A DNA stretch of 64,000 bases, from IMG/VR virus record IMGVR_UViG_3300026292_000003, positions 157,644 to 221,643 of that record. One strand, given 5' to 3'. A model generated the notes under the pieces. The model saw only the letters and a list, made by a program, of their open reading frames with translations. It ran no database searches and had not been told where the DNA came from. Numbering within the stretch: position 1 is the first letter of the stretch; each line of letters starts with the position of its first letter. Below are positions 58,700-64,000 of this stretch, piece after piece. The translations under genes were made by a program, and so were the position numbers.

Positions 58700-59384
58700 C
58701 CATACTAATTTTAAAGAAATAAGATATACTGAATCTGAATGGTTCAGTAATTTTACATTAGGACATGATGAACCAGGTGGCCGTAATTGGTTAGATGAAG
58801 GCGAAAAAGAACTTGGTGGAAATGAACTTGATGTTGAATATCATATTAATAGATACCGTTATAGAGATAATATAGAACCAAACAAAAATATACCTGCGGC
58901 GTTTGGCTGTAGTTATACATTTGGTTATGGAGTTAACAATCCTTGGCCAAAGTTAATAGGCGTAGCTAATTGTGGACAGAATGGTGCTAGTAACGATATG
59001 ATTACTAGACTTGCTATAAGTTATTGTGAAACTTTTAAGCCATCAGAAATATATGTATTATGGACATTTCCACATAGAAGAGAACATATAAACAATGATG
59101 GTGGGTTAGACAAGTATAGAAATATGTCAACAAAAACACTAGACGAAGAATTTAAAAACAAAACTTGGCGTAGTAGTTATTTAGAGTTAAGCAATGATAA
59201 AGCTGATCAATATAACTTTACTAAAAATAAAATATTATTAAATCATTATTGTTCTGTATATAACATTCAACTTAATCAGGCAACAATATTTGATTTTCCA
59301 AAAGATAAATTTCCATTAGCCAGAGATAACGATCATCCAGGTAAAGACTGGCATACTAATTTGGCTGGTCACTTATGCGAGTAG
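58686..59384 (+). CDS. SGNH-hydrolase-like protein
   Basis: FGCSYTFG, NCGQNGASN, DNDHPG. Confidence 0.7.
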   Translation: MKLRDHTNFKEIRYTESEWFSNFTLGHDEPGGRNWLDEGEKELGGNELDVEYHINRYRYRDNIEPNKNIPAAFGCSYTFGYGVNNPWPKLIGVANCGQNGASNDMITRLAISYCETFKPSEIYVLWTFPHRREHINNDGGLDKYRNMSTKTLDEEFKNKTWRSSYLELSNDKADQYNFTKNKILLNHYCSVYNIQLNQATIFDFPKDKFPLARDNDHPGKDWHTNLAGHLCE

Positions 59385-60166
59385 ATCCATTTAATAAATG
59401 GTTAGATGAACATAGAAGTATGGGAGGCTATGTAGCTTCTTCATATGTTAATTGGGATATACTAGCTGACCCAGGCGATGATATAGTAAAACTACTAGAA
59501 CAATTCAAAGACCTTCCATTTGATGCAGTAATGGAATTTGCTGAAGCAGATAGATTTGATAATGAAATGGGTTATAGAGATATCTGTGAAGATGCTAGTA
59601 AGTTATTCTTTTTAACAGAGCTAGTGCAATTTAATGAACTATTATATTGCCCACAAATTATACACGAGCCATGGTTTGATAGATATAGAGTGCATCCAGG
59701 TAGTGGAAGATTACAGGCACTTTGGTTATGTGGCTATAACAGTATAAAATGTATATACACACATTTTAATGAACCTGAATTTATTCCACCAGGAGATTGT
59801 TTTGAAATAATAAACAAACGTCAGTTTGATAAAGAAATAATGTTAAGACCAGATCCTATTAAATGGCATTTTGAAGTGTACGAAGCTTTTCCAAAAGAAA
59901 AACAAGAACAAGTATGGACCAAACGTAGGGATAGAGAATGGGAGTGGCATCATACAGAAACAGATAAACCTTGGAAGTTTATGAGGTTTAGTGAAGGTCC
60001 TGATTTTGCACATCATAAAAAGTTATGGAGAAGTTATGCTATTGATGGTTGGCAAGACTTACAACACGATCATATACAAATAGGATCAACAGTTTTTGAG
60101 TTTAATAATAAAGGTAAAGTAAGTAACGTTAAAAGATTTAAAAATATTGGATCAAAATCTTACTAG
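59375..60166 (+). CDS. Hypothetical protein (HPGSGR motif)
   Basis: RVHPGSGRLQA; similar motif in 7262..7951. Confidence 0.6.
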   Translation: MRVDPFNKWLDEHRSMGGYVASSYVNWDILADPGDDIVKLLEQFKDLPFDAVMEFAEADRFDNEMGYRDICEDASKLFFLTELVQFNELLYCPQIIHEPWFDRYRVHPGSGRLQALWLCGYNSIKCIYTHFNEPEFIPPGDCFEIINKRQFDKEIMLRPDPIKWHFEVYEAFPKEKQEQVWTKRRDREWEWHHTETDKPWKFMRFSEGPDFAHHKKLWRSYAIDGWQDLQHDHIQIGSTVFEFNNKGKVSNVKRFKNIGSKSY

Positions 60167-60867
60167 AAGTTCAAATACGAAATAGTAACATCATGCTTTA
60201 ATCCCATAAGTGGATCTTTACTATCCCATCTATATCCTTCTAAATGTTTTATATGATTATCAAGTGGTGTGTCTGGTAATGGATTTAAATTCCATTTATT
60301 TTTAAAATGTCCTAGACTTGCAATGTGAGTATCTAGCCCATATTCCCATATAGTCTTTCTAGCTAAAAATACTTCTTCTTTTAATTTCTCTTTTCCATAC
60401 TCGTTGTTTTTATAAAATTCTTTATAGTGTGGATATGGAGTATCTGGTCCGCCTACACTAGTCCACCCAGCAAAACAACCCTCAGGTGGTCTTGTTACAA
60501 TACAAAATTTACTTTCTGGAAATGTATCAATCATCCAATCTATGTTGTATATAAATTGATGGCATCTAACAATATATGTCATAGCAGGATCCCATACAGG
60601 CCATGCTTGAATTATTTCTTCAAATATATCATCTTTTGACATTGTGTTAATGTTATGGAAATTTTTTCCTAGTTCATTACCAGGACCAAAGTAAACACCT
60701 GTATGACGAACATTACCCCATTTGGTATCGTGTTTCAATAGTCTTTCAGGAGTTCTATCTCCTTTGTCAACTTTAAGTTCTGGTATTTCACTTAATACAT
60801 AACTTACTGCACTCCATTTACTACCAGGAGCACCAGTCATCCAAATTACGTTACTGAAGTCTTTCAT
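60163..60867 (-). CDS. Sulfotransferase/P-loop-like protein
   Basis: WMTGAPGSKWS. Confidence 0.55.
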   Translation of the reverse strand: MKDFSNVIWMTGAPGSKWSAVSYVLSEIPELKVDKGDRTPERLLKHDTKWGNVRHTGVYFGPGNELGKNFHNINTMSKDDIFEEIIQAWPVWDPAMTYIVRCHQFIYNIDWMIDTFPESKFCIVTRPPEGCFAGWTSVGGPDTPYPHYKEFYKNNEYGKEKLKEEVFLARKTIWEYGLDTHIASLGHFKNKWNLNPLPDTPLDNHIKHLEGYRWDSKDPLMGLKHDVTISYLNF

Positions 60868-61618
60868 TAAGCCACCTTTTGATTTCTTTATAATCTATAT
60901 CTAATGTAGTATTTAAAACACGTTCGTGGTTAACTGTTTTTCTAAAAACACTATTTGAGAACATTTTAGCATATACTTCTTTGGTAAGCATTGGCTCGTA
61001 TTTGTCTTGCCAAAACTTTTTCTTTCTTTCAAATGCCCAAACATCTGCTAGTGTTAAATCTTCTTTTCTACCTTTTAATATTTCTAAGTATTTTAAATAT
61101 TTGTTATCTTCTGGAACTATTCCTTTGTGTCTTACATATGCTGGAAACTCTTTTACTATTTCCATCCATCTTTTTGTTGTTTGTTTAGGATCGTGCAATA
61201 TATTAATAATTAATGCATTAGGAAAATGTTCTAATATTTTACTTGGCATAGTATGAGTACAATAAATTACTCTTTGATCATTATCAAATATATCTTGTCC
61301 ACCATTTTCTACAAACAACTTATCAAACATTTTATAATATTGTTTTTCGTTAGGTATATACTTTTCTACATAATCATGTGTAGGTGGAAGTTTACCTTTG
61401 GGTGTAATTCTATCAAAATGGAATCTGCTTAATTTACGTTGTCTAATATGTTTATCTACTATACCTACGTTCCAAGGATTAATTCCATTCTCTTTACAAC
61501 TATACCAATACATACAAGGCATTGTTGCTAACACTCTAGCTAACTTGTGGCCACTAGCACCTTGTTCAAAACTAATGAATATCCATTTGTCTTTTTCTTT
61601 ACGAACTTTGTCTGCCAT
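60851..61618 (-). CDS. Hypothetical protein, possible sulfotransferase-like fold
   Basis: FISFEQGASGHKLARVL. Confidence 0.55.
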   Translation of the reverse strand: MADKVRKEKDKWIFISFEQGASGHKLARVLATMPCMYWYSCKENGINPWNVGIVDKHIRQRKLSRFHFDRITPKGKLPPTHDYVEKYIPNEKQYYKMFDKLFVENGGQDIFDNDQRVIYCTHTMPSKILEHFPNALIINILHDPKQTTKRWMEIVKEFPAYVRHKGIVPEDNKYLKYLEILKGRKEDLTLADVWAFERKKKFWQDKYEPMLTKEVYAKMFSNSVFRKTVNHERVLNTTLDIDYKEIKRWLNERLQ

Positions 61619-62297
61619 AATACCAATACCTTTCATTGTGGAATTTAACTACATCTCCGGTAGCAAACCACTCGTCGTATACACATATGTCACCTTTGAC
61701 ATATAATTCATCTTCTACAATTTTTGTTTCTGCAAATACTTCATTACCCATTAATGTACAAGTCCTGCCATCTATGTCTAAGTCTTCTGCTTCTGCATTT
61801 GAAGGTGTAAATGTTTCGTTAATAGCTACAGGGCCAACTTCACTCATACCCCAATTTGCTATAAACGTACAACCCTTGTCTACAAACTTATTAATTATAC
61901 TAGCTGGAACTCTATCACTACCACAAGCAATAATCTTTCCGGTTAGATCTATATCAGCCCAACTTTTAGTTCTTGTAATTGCTTCTGCCATACCAGGTGT
62001 TAAATGACTGTGAGTAAAATCTTTAATACTACTGACCCACTTAAATGGGTTAAATGATTCTATATGAACTTGTGCCTTTACTTCTATAGCAGGTAATGTT
62101 TGTGCAAATAACCCACCTGCATGATCCATACTGCATACAGTATAAACTTTGCTATCTTTAGTAATCATCTGTACATCCCTAGCCACTTTGTTTGCTGACT
62201 TAATTTTATCAACAGGTTGATGTATAGGTTTACTAGGACCGGTTGTGCCACTAGTATAAATTGTTGTACCTTCATTTAGAATCTTTATTAAGTTCAT
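61599..62297 (-). CDS. Minimal AMP-binding (adenylate-forming) enzyme
   Basis: YTSGTTGPSK, WGMSE, WFATGD, YGR; lacks C-terminal subdomain. Confidence 0.8.
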   Translation of the reverse strand: MNLIKILNEGTTIYTSGTTGPSKPIHQPVDKIKSANKVARDVQMITKDSKVYTVCSMDHAGGLFAQTLPAIEVKAQVHIESFNPFKWVSSIKDFTHSHLTPGMAEAITRTKSWADIDLTGKIIACGSDRVPASIINKFVDKGCTFIANWGMSEVGPVAINETFTPSNAEAEDLDIDGRTCTLMGNEVFAETKIVEDELYVKGDICVYDEWFATGDVVKFHNERYWYYGRQSS

Positions 62298-62562
62298 CTT
62301 TCAATTTTTTCCAATCTGGATGTTGTGGCAAATATTTGTGTAAACCTATTGCCTGGTTAATAACCATTTCTAATAATTTAAAATTAAATAGTGGTGGAAA
62401 TATACCATGTATAATACTAGCAAACGCCATGAATAATTGTTGACCTGCCGCTTTAAATGCAATATACAGATGTATAAAATAATGTATCACAGGATTCTTT
62501 TTTGGTCTTTTATTTAAAGAATCTGCTACTCCTAAATGTTTCCAATCAAACCATTGTTTCAT
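62272..62562 (-). CDS. DUF6356-like small protein
   Basis: YFIHLYIAF...ASIIHGIFP. Confidence 0.55.
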   Translation of the reverse strand: MKQWFDWKHLGVADSLNKRPKKNPVIHYFIHLYIAFKAAGQQLFMAFASIIHGIFPPLFNFKLLEMVINQAIGLHKYLPQHPDWKKLKDELNKDSK

Positions 62563-63058
62563 AATACTTTTCTATGTTAAGTTTCCATACTGATTGACGT
62601 TGTCCGTATATTTCTTCTTCAGTAAAGAAATCAACTACTCCTTGTTTTTCTAATAAATGAAATAGTTTATCTGTTCTATTCATTTTTCCACTTGCATCAT
62701 TTTCTACGTTTGTAGTAATATATGCAGGTTGTTTATCTGAGCTTCCTGCCCATTTTAATTGTTCTGGTAATATCCATTTCCACGGAATACTAGTCATATG
62801 TTTTTTACTTAATCCGTGTTGAGCAGGCATAGTTTGAACTCCTCTAAAAAGCATTCTATGTCCATCATGAAACTTATGACAACCTGCCATTGCAACTATA
62901 ATATCGTTATGATAAGCCGCCCACCATTCACCTTGGTGTTTTTTACACCAATCGTATTTCATTGCTTCTAAGTTGGCATTATTAAGGTAGCCCATATCTT
63001 CGCAGATATAACCAAAGAATTCTATATCTCTTTTTCCAGGATCTATTTTTACTAGCAT
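62546..63058 (-). CDS. GNAT-like protein
   Basis: WAAYHNDIIVAMAGCH...RMLFRG...YITTN. Confidence 0.5.
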   Translation of the reverse strand: MLVKIDPGKRDIEFFGYICEDMGYLNNANLEAMKYDWCKKHQGEWWAAYHNDIIVAMAGCHKFHDGHRMLFRGVQTMPAQHGLSKKHMTSIPWKWILPEQLKWAGSSDKQPAYITTNVENDASGKMNRTDKLFHLLEKQGVVDFFTEEEIYGQRQSVWKLNIEKYYETMV

Positions 63059-63067
63059 TGTTCTATA

Positions 63068-63131
63068 ATTATATACATACTTATTTATCTGTCAATGATT
63101 GATTGACATTATGTGATAAATAGTATAGTAT
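63068..63131. promoter_or_regulatory. Symmetric back-to-back promoter pair
   Basis: TATTTATC-TGTCAAT-GATTG-ATTGACA-TTATGT-GATAAATA: TTGACA and GATAAATA on each strand. Confidence 0.6.
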
Positions 63132-63172
63132 ATACAAAATGTACCAGATAGGTGCATAAAGGAGAAATTAAA

Positions 63173-63448
63173 ATGGCTTTCGTAAAAACTGCAGACTTGG
63201 TAACCAAGAACGATAATACCTATGCAACTACAGATGAATTTAAAGCTGAGCATGGTTTACTAGGTACGGAAAATACCAATTATATTACTGACAGTAGCAT
63301 TACTTTAAATGATGCTGGTACTGGTGTTAGAATAGTTTTAACCTATGTTGATGAAGCAACTGCTGATGCACATAGAGCGGCATTTGCTGATGAGATCGCG
63401 GCAAAGAATTACGATGTTACAATCGTATCTGAAGAAACTACTGAATAA
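63173..63448 (+). CDS. Small acidic Thr/Ala-rich protein
   Basis: AAGGAG SD; 91 aa. Confidence 0.75.
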   Translation: MAFVKTADLVTKNDNTYATTDEFKAEHGLLGTENTNYITDSSITLNDAGTGVRIVLTYVDEATADAHRAAFADEIAAKNYDVTIVSEETTE

Positions 63449-63465
63449 TATATTTGGTAGTTTAA

Positions 63466-64000
63466 ATGATGAAGTTAAGTAATACACAGAAGCTTCTATC
63501 AATTCATGCATTTTGTCACTTGATGTTAATACCAGCATTCATCTACGGCAATATATGGCTATTCGTTGCAAGTTTCATATGGTGGCAATGGATAGCGGCG
63601 ACATCAATTAGTGCAGGTTATCATAGATATTTTAGTCACAAATCTTTCAAGGCATCTGCATGGTATGAAATATATGCACAAATCTTAGGATTATTTGCTA
63701 ACCCTGGTCCTGTATTAACTTGGGCGGCAACTCATAGAATGCATCACACATATGTAGATTCAGACAAAGATCCACATAGCCCTACTATAAAAGGATTCCT
63801 AAAAGTTTATTGTAGTGCTTGGGGTGATGATGTAAAAATAGAACGAAGAATGTTAAAAGGATTGAATGCTCCTAGCATAAAATTTTTTCATAAAAATTAT
63901 TTTACGTTAATATTTTTATTACCTACATTCTTATTCTTAATCAATCCTATGTTATTTTTATTTGGTTGGTGCGTTCCGGTTGTGTTTGCTTTTCATGGAT
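63466..64000 (+). CDS. Delta-9-type membrane fatty acid desaturase (3'-truncated by window edge)
   Basis: GYHRYFSH and HRMHH His boxes, DPHSP; TM helices. Confidence 0.9.
   Translation, partial: MMKLSNTQKLLSIHAFCHLMLIPAFIYGNIWLFVASFIWWQWIAATSISAGYHRYFSHKSFKASAWYEIYAQILGLFANPGPVLTWAATHRMHHTYVDSDKDPHSPTIKGFLKVYCSAWGDDVKIERRMLKGLNAPSIKFFHKNYFTLIFLLPTFLFLINPMLFLFGWCVPVVFAFHG

Overview
This 64 kb window comes from an AT-rich, large (jumbo-type, distantly T4-like) dsDNA bacteriophage and uses genetic code 11. The host is most likely a marine alphaproteobacterium, based on a two-piece permuted tmRNA with a GGCAGUA T-loop and an MsmA-like oxygenase. Replication and repair genes are a family-B DNA polymerase, UvsE and a DsbA-like DNA-binding protein. 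Host-type and translation genes are PhoH, GuaC, SpeD, peroxiredoxin, IF-1, DnaJ/ClpA, 3 tRNAs and tmRNA. Lysis genes are dispersed (M15 endolysin, spanins, GH73, SleB-like), and there are tail/virion genes. There are six radical-SAM proteins and many other tailoring enzymes. Host sigma70-type promoters (TTGACA-N17-TATAAT) and a T4-late-like (G)ATAAATA motif are both abundant. Six signals stand out. (1) GCWGC appears purged: each of the >50 Ala-Ala dipeptides I checked starts with the otherwise rare GCG/GCC codon. (2) A 29-48.5 kb locus has about 12-14 genes sharing an N-terminal M[KR]-hydrophobic-x-[DEQ]-hydrophobic...E leader resembling a capsid-targeting/prohead-protease signal; it includes Glu-free basic payloads, polyproteins, an NTase and a PD-(D/E)xK nuclease, a candidate GCWGC cutter. 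(3) Several late mRNAs are probably leaderless. (4) A structured GC-rich leader RNA precedes a chain of coupled microproteins. (5) A DNA-ligase paralog appears catalytically dead. (6) The MsmA-like oxygenase has lost its Rieske ligands. All family assignments are from motif recognition by eye; no searches were run.
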